DNA of 64,000 nucleotides from Obrimoposthia wandeli. Lineage: Eukaryota. Below, piece after piece: positions 1 through 14,340 of this stretch; the stretch's first letter is position 1; every line of letters starts with the position of its first letter. The stretch covers positions 124,001-188,000 of the forward strand of contig CDROCS010003345.1 of assembly GCA_977020255.1 (NCBI GenBank), read 5' to 3'. The notes below the pieces were generated by a model, which did no database searches, was not told where the DNA came from, and worked only from the letters and a program-made list of their open reading frames with translations. The translations under genes were made by a program, and so were the position numbers.

Positions 1-854
1 TTTCCACTGCCTTTAAACTGCACAACCTTTTTTTCATATAAAATGAGGCTTTTAAATAATTTGTTCAAATGTATTAAAATACAATAATCTTCATACGTAG
101 ATTTTTCAATATTTTGACCAATTTCACCAAACATCTTATATAAAACAACAATCTGAAACTCATATTGGTTGCGGGGCAGGAGCAAAATGTTAACCGCCTA
201 ATGACAGATTTTCGTTGGTTTATGAAAGTTCTCCTTTTTTTGCATTATGTGCGAAAGACTAATTTGAAAGAGTTTTATATTTTTGCAATTTTTTCCTATG
301 CTTATATGGAAATTTTCACTTTTCCATACATAGAGAATTTGAAAGAAAATGGAAATACTTTGACATTTCTTTCTACTGGATCGTTCTACTCGTAAAAATA
401 AATTGTCCCCATATGGAAAAGTAGTACTTTTTCAATTTCAGAAAATATCTATATATGTAAGGACTGTATTCAAATTTTTAAAAAACGGAACAAACACTTG
501 CTATTTTTTACTTTGTTGCTTTTTTCTCATATTTTTTATAGTCCTATCGTTATTGCAGTAACCAGCTACCCGGAAACTAGTCTCGATGCAGAAGAATCGA
601 TTGTTGCAACAGTTAGTTCCTATTTCTTATTATTCAAATTTGTCCACGATTTTTCCATTGTTTATTTGCGCAACAAAATTGTTTAACAATCTATTTTTAA
701 TATTTTTTCTAATGAATTTTAAACTTATTTTTTATTGTTTATTATGAGGTACTTATGTAAAATTAACTGCACTAATTTTAATTAAAAAATAAAATATCAT
801 ATTAATCATATAGCTTCTCAATTACATCTGTATATTCAAATAAACTACAATATG

Positions 855-1496
855 GTATGGATAAAAAATATCGAGACTCGACATGAATAAAAAGTGTTAT
901 GACAATAAGATTTTATATTTATAAATACATTATAAGTTAGGTTTATTTTTTAATATAACTGCCTTCCTCCCATACACACTTTTTTCACCGCTCAACTAGC
1001 ATTTTATGGATTCCTAATTGTTGCAACATATTCTGTACTGATTTCATACATATATTTCGCATTGAAAGTTCTCTTTGCGTTACTTTCCTTTCATTTTTAA
1101 CAATTTTAGTTAACATTTCTAATTTGTCTTCTCCAATTTTATGAGGTCTTATACTTTTAGCTTCATCATAAACATTCTCCCTCCCCGATAAAAAAACTTA
1201 TTTATCCATTTATATATGTTAGCACGACCCATTGCTACTTTCCTGTACACTTCTTGAATTTCTTTAACTATTTCATGTCTTTCCATGTTCTTCAAAATTA
1301 AATATTTTATAACACTGCTTATTTCAACAGCTTCATACATTTTCTATAAAATTGTTATAATATTAATATTCAAATTCTTTCTTCAAATAAAAATTATTTA
1401 AAATAAGGCCTAGTCATTATGATTAATTAATATATTTAAACAACACTAGACACTTTAATTCATATGATATCGAGTCTTGATACTTTTTATCCTCAC
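855..1496 (-). mobile_element. Decayed mariner-like element with ~45-bp TIRs and a transposase HTH remnant
   Basis: ggataaaaaatatcgagactcgacat (859-884) is an imperfect inverted repeat of atatcgagtcttgatactttttatcc (1467-1492). ORF 1149-1340(-) EIVKEIQEVYRKVAMGRANIYKWINKF resembles the Mos1-type N-terminal HTH. Confidence 0.7.
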
Positions 1497-1497
1497 T

Positions 1498-1620
1498 CAG
1501 GGCCTGTAAGAGGGGGGCAATGGGTCGTTTGACATGGGCCTCTGAATTCAAGGGACCTCCTAAATTTAGATATACATTTTATAGCAAACTATGCAAACCT
1601 TAAAAAAAAAATATTTAATA
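1498..1620. mobile_element. Terminal fragment of a hAT-type element related to the MITE at 9941
   Basis: cagggcctgtaagagggggg...aaatttagatatacattttatagcaaactatgcaaacct aligns with 9941-10030. No matching second end was found. Confidence 0.65.
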
Positions 1621-3342
1621 CTTTTACGTAGAGCAACAAAAAATATCATTATAATAAAATCTAATACAACTATGAGAGGCCCTAATTTTTGGTGTAATTC
1701 TACTTTCATTTGCCTCAAATATTTTTATTGTTGAACAACTAACTGCCGACACAAATTAGATTTTATAAATTTTACGTTTAGAACTCAAAATCTGCATAAC
1801 TTTCTTACTTAGAAAATTTTGCGGTACGTTATATGTTTTATCATTTTATGAATTCAAAATTTTAAAGAAAAATTTAAAAAAAACAATAGTAAGCTTTGAG
1901 TTGTTACATTATTCCAATCTTTTCTACGTATAAAAATTTATGTAACCGTTGTTAGTTAGCAAAATTAAAATACATTTTTAAAATGTTTACAAGTGCTGTT
2001 GAAGTGTTTTGTTTAAATACTGATGGTGGAATTGAAGTTAATCTATTGAATGCTGAAACATTTTTATGGTCGGACAATGGGATACTTGATAAAAATAACC
2101 ACACCCAAATGAAATCATTTCTGAAAATTACTCGGTTTGAAATCCCCAAAAAATATTCCAAAAGACACAGCCAGCCGTAGATTGCCATATTGATTATTTT
2201 CAAGGAAACTTACATCTGGTGAATTATTCATTATTTTCAACAACTTTTAATTCGCTTTTAACATTTCAACACGAAGGAATGTTGTGTGTTAATTTTAAAA
2301 AAAGATCTTTTGTATATAATGAAATAATGATTACTTGATGATTGAGTCATTATTTTAAGTTGAGCCGAAAAAAAAACGCTTTTTCTTTTTATTAAATTTT
2401 TAAAAGTTTTTTAAAAAAAATTCGTATAATTTACATTTTATTTTTATTTTAGGATATAAATAAATATGCCAATTCTATCTAGCGATCAAAAATCAGCAAT
2501 TATTTACACGTTTAGGTTGATATACAAATAAGAATAAATTGCAAAATTATTTGCCTTTAACGAAGATACGATAAGATAAGACATTATTGATCCAGAAATT
2601 CACTAATCAGGCAATAGACCACTGCAGTTTAAATGACTACGTCTCACAATAGACAGTAGCTAGTTTCCTTCAAAAATTGAACTGGTTTAGTAGGATAATA
2701 AAAGAACGAGAATATGTAACAGCAATAAAATATAATAAAAAAATTCACCAAAAACAGTTTGTTTTTCTGAAGAAACCTCGATTTGTTTGGCTCCGTGGTG
2801 GTGGACACCATTTAGGTACCCTGAAAATAGCTCCAATATTCCAAAATTCGTTTTAAAACCTTCAAATTTAGAAAATCAGAAAATTATGTTTTACATGTAC
2901 ATTTGCAAGACGATTTTTGATCAGTGTGCCAGGTTGCATACATTCTTGGGCATTTTAATAAATATATTTATGCGTTAACTAATTTTTTTCGTTCCATTTT
3001 TATTATTTGTAATCTTTTAAACCTTGAAAATTGCAAAAGTTTCCATTTTTCTGCACATCAAAAGGATTGGGCAATTCCATAAAATCCATATTTTCTTACG
3101 ATTCCAATGACAATTTTAACCTATATTTTTATTAAAATGTAAAAGAATTAGTCATTCAAATATGAAACAAAAGCTAATATTTTAAATTGAAATTTTGTTG
3201 TTTATTTTAATATGTTGTGTATGTTTTCTGATCGACGCATTTTAAACTGATTTTTAAAAAATGCTATCCCTCTTACAGTTTTGTAAACATTTATTAATTT
3301 GTTTTACTTAAATCAATAAAGTGTTTCATTGTTTATTATTTG

Positions 3343-3894
3343 TTCTTAGGTCTTCAAGGTGATACACAGATTTATGTGTTTCTTATGCCTTTGGGACAGT
3401 CTTGAAGATGCACTGCACTGCATCCCTATAAAATGAACTAAGAGAACTGTGTTTACCCGGAACAAATTATTTTAAAGAAGGACACCTTCTAGAACCACGT
3501 AAAGTATAACTTTGAGAAGTCTAAACAAAGATGGTGATGCATTCAAGTTTTTGCATTCAAAGTTCCGTTTTATTAGTGAGCCAAAGTTACAAGCCGGAAA
3601 TTGTTCAAAAACCGAAGATTCACAAATGTGCTCAATGTGATAGGTTCCTTTTCAAAAGAACAATGTGAATTTCTTTTGAGTCTTTGCAGTACGTACAAGT
3701 TTTACTATCTCAGCTCTTGCATGAGTATCAATATGAATTTTATCGATTCACATTTGTGCTATTTCTCTGAAAGCTGTTGAGCTTATAGTGAAGAGTACGG
3801 CGACAGATTTTGTCACAACGTGCCTACTATTGAGCAACATTGTCAGGGACACTGGAATCGGTCAATGCTGGCTCACTACAGCTGGTGATTAAGG
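3343..3894 (+). pseudogene. Degenerate DNA transposase, probably Chapaev3-like (CMC)
   Basis: Frameshifted motifs LGLQG-YT-CFLCLWDS, DGDAFKFLHSKF..SEPKLQAG, CMSINMNFIDSHLCYFSE..AYSEEYGDRF, EQHCQGHWNRSMLAHYSW match the family with the GYTK.PCFLCLWDSR...HFLHSHLDYF..N...SEEQGERFHQ signature. Confidence 0.7.
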
Positions 3895-4199
3895 ATAAAT
3901 GTCCATTGTGCCAAATATAAAAGAAGAACAAAAAATAAGTTTATTTGCATTTGATGTAAAATATAATATAAGTACTCTCAACAGATTTAAGAAAAAACTA
4001 AATGGAAGCATTTGCTTTGCATTTAGTCGCTAATAAATTACAAAATGACTACTTCCATGCTCTGTGTTTTTTTGTCGCCTACTAAATTTGATAACAAGAG
4101 ATATCAATGCTTCAGGTTAAGTAAGATGAAAAAACCTAAAATTTACGTTTGTTATTGAATTTCATTTAAATCCATTTTGCATTATTTTACAAGGTTCAT

Positions 4200-4900
4200 T
4201 ATACAAAATATTTTTATGAACTGATGTCATACGTTTTCCACAAAGATTATTTGATACAAAATTTAACTAAGATCTTCTCTTCCATGTCATTAAAATTCCA
4301 TAGAACTTCAAATAAGTTGCATAAAGAAGAAACAGCTTTGAACCTTTCCTTAAGACCATATATTATTGAGTCAATTATCTCGTGAAATATGCTGATGTGA
4401 AAATATACTTCTACAGATACTTGATCTTTTATTCGGCATTTTGTCGCAAATTCTGAAACTATTTCATTAGCTGCTGGAATATTTTCGCCTCCGAAAAAAG
4501 CAAATTCCATCCATTTTTAATTTCTTTTATATCTTCAATAAGTTTGTCAATATTTTTTTTCTGTTGTCAGTGTTGATTTCTGAGTTTGGAGAATTTGATT
4601 TGTTTGATGCAATCAAACCAATATCTTCATCCAAATTGTATACATCAATACACATTCAAGTGATATAATATCTTTTTTAAAAGATTTAATCTGAGTCTGA
4701 GCCTCAGTTGGAAGACTACATAGCTCAAATTCATTAAGAGCTGATAATAAGGATTTTAAATGAAGGGCCACAGGTTTAACAGCATCAATTCTTGCAGACC
4801 AGCTGGTTTTTGATATGTTGTGTAAAGAAATTCCATGAATAGGTTTTTTTAAAACCTCCCATCATTTTGGACTGCTTAATATATCTTAATCGCTCTGCAG
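4200..4900 (-). pseudogene. hAT transposase relic (ZMYM1/DUF4371-like)
   Basis: Minus-strand ISKTSWSARIDAVKP (~4772-4815) matches the hAT TRWSAR motif. ORF 4247-4510 has FHEIIDSIIYGLKERF, typical of the pre-dimerisation helix. Confidence 0.6.
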
Positions 4901-5974
4901 CTAATGTTAATGGTCAAACACAGTAACGCATGATATATTTGATACTATTTTGTACACAATTCATCGTGAAGTTAGTAAAATTACAAACAAATATAGTACA
5001 ATAATAACGAATGTTGCACATTAACTCTTTCTACTCTAAGGCATGTGTACTAAGGCAATGTTTAGTATTACTACAGTTTTATTCGAACGAGTTACCAATA
5101 TTCCTTACCAATTAGACAATTTTCTCTCGGATATTCTTTCTGTTTCAGTTTATTATAATCCTTAATCGTCAGACGGAAAGACAACAATTTGTGTGCATCT
5201 AGTCAATAGCATTGTAATATCGATTTCTGTCGTGCGTGTGTTAGGGCTTGGGTTTCTAAAAGATTTGGAAGCTAAACCAACAAGAAGGGTCAAAATGAAG
5301 GTCAATTTTCGAAATAAATATATATTTGCGTTCGAAATAGAGGTAGAAAAGATACCTACTATATGTTTGGCGTATGTGCTGCTTTGTACATCTCATAATA
5401 TTCCAATGAATTCCATAATTAGAAGCCCTACAAATTTCAATCATTATAAATTTTCATTGTCTTATTATTAATTTCCAAGCAAAATGAAATGTTTTTTAAA
5501 ACTTTCTGTTGCTTTTATACAGATATATAGCCTGGATGCCCACATAGACTTATTGACATTCAAGGGTTAACTTAATAACTTAAAAGTACACTTAAATTTT
5601 AAAACAAACACATCGTAAATAAATCCAAACACACAAATATGTAATCTTTATTTAAACATAAATAATAATGTCTGTCAAAATTTATAGGCTCAATATTTAC
5701 CAATAATAATATTCAAATCGTCTGTTTCCTATGGATTTAGAAGCAAAAAAAATTATGAAATAGCTATTTAAGAATGTTTACTACAAGAAAAAACACAACC
5801 AAATTTGAGAATCCTATTTCCAAATTTTACCATTATGATCATTTTTGACGTTTTAACTCTAAAGCAGAATTCGGAAAATTTCAACAGATTTCTAATTGAG
5901 GTCGGAATTTGTGTTAAATATTCATATGCACATTTTCCCTAGAAAACGTTACTATGTTTTCTTTTTGTTCACAG

Positions 5975-6148
5975 AATACTGCGTCATTATTGACAGAGCA
6001 AAAACAACAACACTGGAGATTGCTAGAATCTGTGAGGCAGGACAGAGTTTTGAACCCAGGAGAAAGATTCCGACAATTGGCACAGCAGAGACGAGAAAAC
6101 AAAGGTCGTGCCTTTCCAGGATCTATTGAGATGATTGGAAAAACGACA
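5975..6148 (+). CDS. Putative internal exon of an unidentified host gene (phase 0-0, 58 codons)
   Basis: Polypyrimidine tract plus cacag acceptor, gtaagt donor, open frame NTASLLTEQKQQHWRLL...GSIEMIGKTT, GC-richer than flanks. Confidence 0.55.
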
Positions 6149-7019
6149 GTAAGTGGTCGTTGATTGGAGGAATAGTTGGCGATCAGAGGTGTCAGATAGA
6201 TGTGGTATGACGCATCGGCAGTTCTGTTTAGCAAAAATGTCCCATTACGTATTAAATTGTGCGAAATTAGTTTTAATGTCGTAATTTAGGGAGTACATTG
6301 TATGTAGTAAAACTGGGTATATTGATGACATAAAATTTTCAAATTATGTGATGAAGATAGGGCGTGGTTGGAATCTAAAATTCATCCCCATCTAATCGAT
6401 ATTCAAGGAATGGATGGAAGGATCATGACGAATCAGGTATATACATATCAAAGATGGATAAGATCATTAATCAAAGTCAAAAATAGATGTAAAATAAATT
6501 TATCAAATTTTAAACCTCTTTTCGATGAATTTTTCTTCAAAACTTAGTTTTGATATGGTAAAGTACTAATTTAGAAATAAAAAATTACTCCAAATTTACC
6601 TATAAGTAATATAAGGAATATTCAACTAATTCTCCATTGCTTAGCGTTAAAAATGTATTAAAATATATACATACAAGCAAATGTGTACCTGTGATCAGGA
6701 GCGGATTAATAATTTCGTAGGTCCTAAACAATTTCGAACTCTTATTTCTAAAATGTTCTTCTAATGTTCAAATTGAAAATACTAAAGAATTATTTTTGTT
6801 TGAGCATCGAACAGCAAAAACTATCATCACTTCTTTAAGTTAAAAGTGACATAATAAAACAAATTACTTTTAAAGTTTTAATTTTTAAATTTATTACTTA
6901 TAAGAGTCTTGAAGTAGAGATTATTTGAAATTTTTCAATAAAGGGGGTTTACATAAGGTAGGCCCTACGATTTTGCGGGCTATTGACAAAGTGTTTGTCT
7001 TGCCTTTAATAGTGTCTGT

Positions 7020-7560
7020 TACATTATTTGACACTGTTAATAATCAAATATTTTGACGGATTTGGAAAATATTAGAATCTATGGAAAGGATCTGAATTGG
7101 TTAAAAAGTTAATAACTTTTTCGTAAATTTGTTTTAAATGATGACTGTGTCAGATCCTGAATACTTAAATGCGCTCAAAAGTGCTCAATTCTCTTTCCGA
7201 TTAATAATTTGAATTCTAACGATTATAGAATCACATTTTCTGAAATAGAAATACTTCTAAATAAAATTTGTGTGTTAAAAAAATAAAGACACTTGAAAAT
7301 TAATGAAAATAAACCTTTCTAAATTACTTTAAAAAAGAAGCTTCATAAGTGTCGGTGAAGGTATTATTAATTTAATATGCAAATTGAAGAATATTGGTGA
7401 CACAATGATGACAACATATAGGTTAGGAAATTCTCAAATAACAAACAGAGCGATGGACTATTTTTACAACAATTTATCAATGAATATCAAAAACCGTAAC
7501 AATGTTGAAATATTCTAGAAGCGGCTGAAGACTTAACTATTTAGAATATATCACGAAGAA
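7020..7560 (+). pseudogene. CR1/L2-type LINE reverse transcriptase relic
   Basis: Frameshifted FDTVNNQIF / LENIRIYGKDLNWLKS..FRKFVL matches the AFDTVNH.IL..KL...G..G..LNW.KSYL RT motif. Confidence 0.6.
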
Positions 7561-8873
7561 TAAAAGAAAATCAGGAAGCGTTTTTTCAATAATAAATATT
7601 CATTTGAAAATGATATTAGCGATGTATTAAATATTTTACTGTTTTTTTTTGATGGAATATATGGGATGTAATAAACTTCAAAACTATTTATACTTACATA
7701 TCTAATTGTCGATATTTAAAAGAAGACAAAGTTCCACATTGAAATATTTTTTTAATAGATGAAGGTACTGTTTGTTAGTTTATTATGTTTGAAGTTATTG
7801 AAAGTATTTGATTCACTAATCTGACAGACATTTCAAACTATTTCCATCTTACAAGGTAAATTGGGGAGTGTTATGCCGCTTTCACATTTTTTTTCTCCAA
7901 ATATGTATCGTTTGACATTCTAATATCTTGCAGTAAGATGGAATTTCTCACAACTGAGATGTTCCCAGGCAAATAGGAAATGTTGTTTCAATTCACGATG
8001 GGTATTCATCTTCATCGTTAGTTTTATTTGTAATATTTAGATTATAATAATTATATAATCAGATTCCGAAAATATCCTACCGAGATAATTTGGTTATAAA
8101 GTTCCTGTAAAAATTAAAAAATCTTCTACTTATAGAATCTGGCTCTTTAGATTTATATATCCGAAGAAAAACATAACTATTATAAAACTGGATTAGGATA
8201 GTGTTGAATGCACCACATATTTTAATCGTCTGCAACGTCACTACTCGGAACAATTTACCAAATAAACATTTCTCACCTCCAAGATACTTAACAAAACTGT
8301 AGAATTACTATTTTTCCCGGATCGATACCTTATCACTAAATATTTTCGACTATTGTGTATAAATATGACATTAATGTTTAACTTAGGTTTAACTTTTCAA
8401 TATTTTCACGAAAAAAACTTTTTTATTCAAATCAACGATTGTTGACTAGTTCTTCTTGAAAAATGCTTCTTTCAAAATAATTTCAAACTATTCAAAAAAT
8501 ATAATGTACCCGCTAGCCGGTTCCAACCCCGAGGGATGTACTATGCGAAAAGATACAAGAATATATGACATAGTTTTGGTTCATTAATGTACCTTTCGCT
8601 TTAAGTTAGTTGATTCATCCCACATCGCCAGTTCTCACTAGATATTCGTATTAAATCGTGCGACTTCGATGAAGATAGCCACACATCGTATCCATTTAAA
8701 GTTTAAGAATAAGTAGAGGACAATAATTCCTCAGTATTTCTTTGTTCGCTTTATACTTCAAATGTCAGCTATTCTGACTGAAATTTAATTTTTCCATGCC
8801 CTGGTGTTACAAATCGTTGATAATTTTCAATTTAATAAATTTTCACTCTTTTGTTAATGAATATATATTTCAG

Positions 8874-8934
8874 GAACATGCAACTGCTCCAATATCTCTT
8901 TCTGGTTTAGATACTAAAAACAAATTAGAGCCAA
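8874..8934 (+). CDS. Putative host exon (phase 0-1)
   Basis: tttcag acceptor, gtgagt donor, 61 nt encoding EHATAPISLSGLDTKNKLEP. Phase is compatible with the exon at 9230. Confidence 0.5.
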
Positions 8935-9229
8935 GTGAGTCTTTTTCCAGACCATATCCAAATGATTCTCACATGAAATTAAGTAATTTAAGAAAGGATT
9001 TTCCTAAATTTTAAAAATCAAAGTTAAATATGTTCAATATTTACTATTTCAAGTACAAAGAGAAAACTTATCTTCCATTGAAATTATAGGGAAAACATTT
9101 ATTTGAAATTAATAAAAAAAATATTCATCTATCAATTTAATACTGGAATAAGACAATGACTTAATCTTTTATGTATGTCAGCTGCTGACAAGTGTAAGTA
9201 GTCGGTTTTTGACTAACGTTTCCATTCAG

Positions 9230-9345
9230 ATCCGAGCTACGTATCCGTGTCAGTGTCTGCATTTGGTTACGGTCGTACGAGTCCTGCATATCGATCTCCT
9301 GTACCCTCGAGGAACTTGCATATCAATGGAGAACTTGGTACTCAG
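9230..9345 (+). CDS. Putative host exon (phase 1-0)
   Basis: gactaac branch-point-like motif, ttcag acceptor, cag|gt donor, 116 nt encoding PSYVSVSVSAFGYGRTSPAYRSPVPSRNLHINGELGTQ. Confidence 0.55.
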
Positions 9346-9940
9346 GTGGGCTTTGTGAGCACTATTTAATTTTTCATAATTACTTTTTAAAGTTTTCAAC
9401 AGTAACTTAAATATTGAGATATTTTTAATTTAATGCCATCCTTTACTCAAAAGTATTTTTTCATTTAAATTCAAATAATTCTTGATGTCATTGTTAGGTA
9501 AGCTTTATTAATTCCATTACTGTATTTACCAATGGGTAGCTTTATTTGCAATACAGATCAAGTTTCAGATCATGTCATCACAAAACACGTACAGTTATTA
9601 AAGCTGGAAATCACTTTTTTTTGTTAATATTTTAAAATTTACTTATTTATCCTAAATAAACTTGATTGTCAATTTTTTTCTCTTATTAATTTTTAAAGAA
9701 TATATTTACATATGCATATACTCATTATTTGTTTGTTTGAGTTAAAATAATCACAAGTTTAAAACAATTTTTAAAATTGAAATAATTAATTACAATTAAT
9801 TATATAATAAATATATCTCAATTATTATTTAAACCTAAGTAATTGTTGACAATTTATACATATTTTTAACTTTACTAAACATTAAAGTGAATTCATTTAT
9901 GTCTGCAATCTACGACTCTAAAATTTATATTCACTGTTAC

Positions 9941-10457
9941 CAGGCCCTGGAAGAGGGGAGGCAATGATTCCTTTGACTTGGGCCTCCAAAATTTAGATAT
10001 AAATTTTATAGCAAATTATGCAAACCTTTTAAAAAAATTATTTAAAACGAGAAATTTGGACTATTCCCAAATATAAAGTTCATTCGTAGCTCAAAAGGTT
10101 TGAAAAGCGCTTTTATAATTTTTATTCATTAGATTCTGATTTGTTTTAAATTCTTAGAATAGTTTTTGAATTTTGATTTTAACTTTTTACACTTGTTTTC
10201 TTTTTAGCTTTTAAAGTTATTACGTTTTTAAAATAATTAATTTATAAGAAATTTACAATTTTTTAATTTATGAATTTGTAGAAAATAAAGAACTGTTATT
10301 ATTAAAAAAACATTTAGTTTTAGTGTTTTGATATTTTGAATCAGATTTTTATTTTATTTTGGATCAATAAAAACGTACAAATTTTAATTTTTTTCAGTAT
10401 AAAAAGGGCTACATATATTACCTGACATGGGCCTCCAAGTGGCTCTTACAGGGCCTG
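9941..10457. mobile_element. hAT-family MITE with 8-bp TSD
   Basis: TIRs caggccctggaagag / ctcttacagggcctg. Perfect 8-bp flanking duplication actgttac (9933-9940 and 10458-10465). Confidence 0.9.
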
Positions 10458-11399
10458 ACTGTTACTATTCCGACAACTATTATGAAAAAACAATTAAATA
10501 AATATTATCCAATTAAATTCTTTTATAGAATATAATGAATTAATAATTAAAATAAATTAGAAAATGAAATCTCAAAACTATTATTTTATTTTTATATTTA
10601 AAAATATTTTATAAATCAAAATGTGTATGTATTTGAAGTCCACTGGATTAAAATCTTTTGACAAATTATTGTAATTAAATTCTTTCATATTTTAAATTTA
10701 TTTGTCAAATTATAAACAATACAAATAATATTCATAGAAATCGTGATTTTAATCATTTATTTAATTGATTACAAGATTAAGTTTTTAAGAAACATTTATT
10801 AAAGGTATCAACTACTTATAAACATACGTAGAACACATATTTAATATTTGTGAATGAGTAACAGTAGATACAATTTTTAGCATCTAGAAATACAGACGCA
10901 AGTTATCTTAAAAATTATAATATTTAAACAATAATATTGTGAAGGAAAAAAAAATATTTATTTTTATATCTGACAATGTTTTGGAGGAACTTCTATTTTA
11001 GTATTGTTACTGACAATTAATTTCAGAATTATTTTTGATTTTAACTTTGATAACTTCCTTTATTAATTCCATACTTTGTCGGATTTGGTGGCATGTATTG
11101 GCTAAATGAACGCCTTCATCTAAAAGTTACAAGCTACTCTTCAATTGTCATACAACGAAAAGAAGTAAAATACTTTTAAACCTAAAAATAATATAAAATC
11201 GTATTAAAAAAGAGCACCATTCATGTCTGAAAATGTTATTAATTTAAAAAGTAAAATACATTCGTTGCGTCCTCGATGAAAAATCTGACAATTAATTTTC
11301 AAATTAAAAAAGTGATAAGAATATGCAGCAGTTTTATCAAAAAGATTTTTAGAATAAAAAAAACTTACTACTGAGATAACTACAATGGTAACACACCCG

Positions 11400-11900
11400 A
11401 TAATGGCATTAAGACTTGATTTTCAAAATTCTCTTCTCTTTAATAGTCTAGCTTTTCAATTAAATTGCTTGTAAAAATGTTTAACAAAGCCGTCAGAATT
11501 ATATTCAAATTATTTATATGATCTTCTCGAGCCTGGTACAGTTCAAAATGTTCATGTGATGCATCTTAAAAACCACGATGATGATTACATAGTCTTTTCT
11601 GAAACATAACTCGCAGCACTTTTTACAAATTAGCTTTTAATTCAATTTCTAAACAAAATTTCATAGAAAATTATTGTAAAAAACAGAATAAACATTTGAT
11701 GTTGATACTGATGAAAATTTTAAAGAACTGTTTATTGGATAACAATTTTTAACATCCGCATATGATTTTTAGAAAAAACAGAACATAAATTTCTAATAAA
11801 CCATTACAGTTTTTTGAGATTTTTTTAATCAGAATCTGTACAACAATCTACTGATGAATATAAAAAACTGTAACAATTTTAAAAATTCAAAAAGTAGCTG
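11400..11900 (+). mobile_element. LINE (CR1/L2-like) 3' relic, related to 53210-53640
   Basis: Shares gccgtcagaattatattcaaatt, tatatgatcttctcgagcctg and ctgatgaatataa.aaactgtaacaat blocks with the 53.2-53.6 kb copy. NKAVRIIFK-like remnant. Confidence 0.45.
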
Positions 11901-13052
11901 AGAAGTTAAATTATGACATTTAAACCAAAATTATTTTCTAGGGCGATTAATGTGGATGCTATACGAATTCTGCCCCAAAGTCCTTCCGTGTGTTGCGATC
12001 CGAAGATTCTATTTCCACACCTCTTTATAAAAGATGTTTTCTTATTGAATTTTATAATAAATTTGCAAACTTTCGTTTTAATTTTTAATTTATTTGATAT
12101 TTCATATACACTTTTACCTTCTACAGCTATTTTCGATATGTTCCATTATTCTTCGCTACAGAAATACTTATTTGTCAAAGTATTCATTTTACTTAATTTT
12201 CTAAATTACAAAATAATTAATATCGTTCTTTCTGAAACATAATTCGCAGCCCTTATTACAAATAAATGTTAATTCAATTTCTATTGCAAGGTCTAACTCT
12301 TTTTTTAAAAAACATTTCCATAAAAATTATTGTAAAAAAACAGAATAAACATTTGATGTTGATATATAGTTATTAGAGAATTAATTGTAATTAATTATTT
12401 CAATTTTAAAAATTGTTTTAAAGTTGTTATAATTTTAACTCAAACCAACAAATAATGAGTTCTTTGAATTTTTTAGAAAAAAAACAGTTTTAAAACACGT
12501 GTAACTCACAAGTTATGTGCAAGAAAATACATTACATAGATAAATATGATGAAAAGTTCAAAGAATGAAACTTGAAAACAAAATGTTATATCTCTATGAG
12601 ACCATTAAATTATCTTAAATTGATAAAAAAATTATTTTAATGTATATAAAGAAACTAATTAAAAATTGTGATTCGCATTTTTTATTGATTTATTATGTAT
12701 ATATATGCAGAGTTTTGATTTAATTGACATATGTCTAAATAGAGTAGATATATGTGTCGGGTCCGGCTCATGGGGACTTTACCCCCAGAAGAGTCATCGA
12801 TGAAAGTCCGTATCAGTCAACATGTACAATGTTCATTACGCTCTATTTTAAGGTTATCTAAGTTTCATCCTTTAAAAAGTCACCATAGTCAAAGTTTGAG
12901 TAAACTAGATTTTATTACATAACATTTAAACTATTTAAGCGACACATTTTTTCATTCATTTTATTAAATGTATTTGATTTGACTCAAGATCATTTAAACA
13001 AGCTAGGCGGATCCAACTAACGGATGGAATAACCGAACAAGAAGTCATTCAA

Positions 13053-13343
13053 ATGTATGATGATGTCTGCCAGGATGAAGAGACACGACATATCATTTAT
13101 GATACACGAATATCCAGTATGGAAACAATTATCATATCAGATACTGAAGAAGTACAAAATATCAAATCCACAAATCTATTTCGAAGAGCAATTCTCAATC
13201 TACTCTACAGCGAGTTTATCATACTCGAGCATTATGGTATCTGGTCACTTGAACAAAAACAGGGACCTCTGGAAGAAGAAATTATTGATATAATATCAAA
13301 ATGCAACTTCAAAGATTTAGAAGAAAAACGTGTTGACACATAG
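13053..13343 (+). CDS. Hypothetical ORF remnant inside the mini-Polinton
   Basis: 96-aa ORF from the track; no recognisable motif; probably part of a longer broken gene. Confidence 0.3.
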   Translation: MYDDVCQDEETRHIIYDTRISSMETIIISDTEEVQNIKSTNLFRRAILNLLYSEFIILEHYGIWSLEQKQGPLEEEIIDIISKCNFKDLEEKRVDT

Positions 13344-14340
13344 AAAAGGATTGAAACATGTCTTGATTGGAATCACCGAGTCAAGAAAGCATTAAAAGTT
13401 GAAGAAGACAATTCACCAATATTGTATAATAGTCTTACTTGAGTTAGATAGTGAATATGGTCCACTATCTGCTAAACAGTAAGCATTTATGGAAAGAAAA
13501 GAAAAATCAAACTACAATAGTTTTTCCAATAAGTTTATCGAATTTGAATAAGTAAATTATTTTAAATATAATATATATTAAACTTTTACTGATAAATTAC
13601 GATTACTACATTCCGTGGTTCATTCAAACTTATGGACGACCAGACAAACAACAACTACAGAAACTCAAAGTTGACGATCTAGATACTGATTATATAGAAG
13701 AAATTATGGATGCGTAGATATTTAAATATATTCTTCAGTATTTATTTATTTAATATTTTCTGTATTATTTTGGTTAAAATATAATTACTAAGAAATATAC
13801 TTTTTTTAATAATAATAAAATAACACTTTGTATTTCTAATAATAATGGTTAAATCATAAGTAGTAGGAAAACATATTCTTTTTAATAATAATAATGTAAT
13901 TATTTTTATTAATAATAATAATACTGATTAAATCATGATTAGTCGGAAAACATATTTATTTAAAGAATAATATCAATGTAAAAACTTTGTATTAATGACA
14001 ACTTCTAAATATACCTGTAAAAGACATAAGAATATACAAATTATTACTCGCAAGTAAAATAGAGTATAAATACATTACACAAGAAAATAGTGCCCATATG
14101 CTCTTGATTCGTTTAAACTTATCTACTTACGTTTATCATATTCCCTACTTAATGCTACTTTATTGCTTAATACTAATATTGCTTATTTAAACTTCTAATA
14201 GCTTCTTAGTCAACCTTTAAAATAGATTCAGTACGCCAAGTAAGCATATAAGCAGAATAGGGAATTATGGTATTTCGTTTTATTCCTTTAGCTTTATGAT
14301 TTTCTGTATCATCATTGAATTTAAGACAATACAATTTAGG

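Noticed and set aside
5021-5570. Possible piggyBac MITE flanked by TTAA
   Set aside because: TIR similarity is limited to about 5 bp (CTCTT/CCCTT); insufficient.
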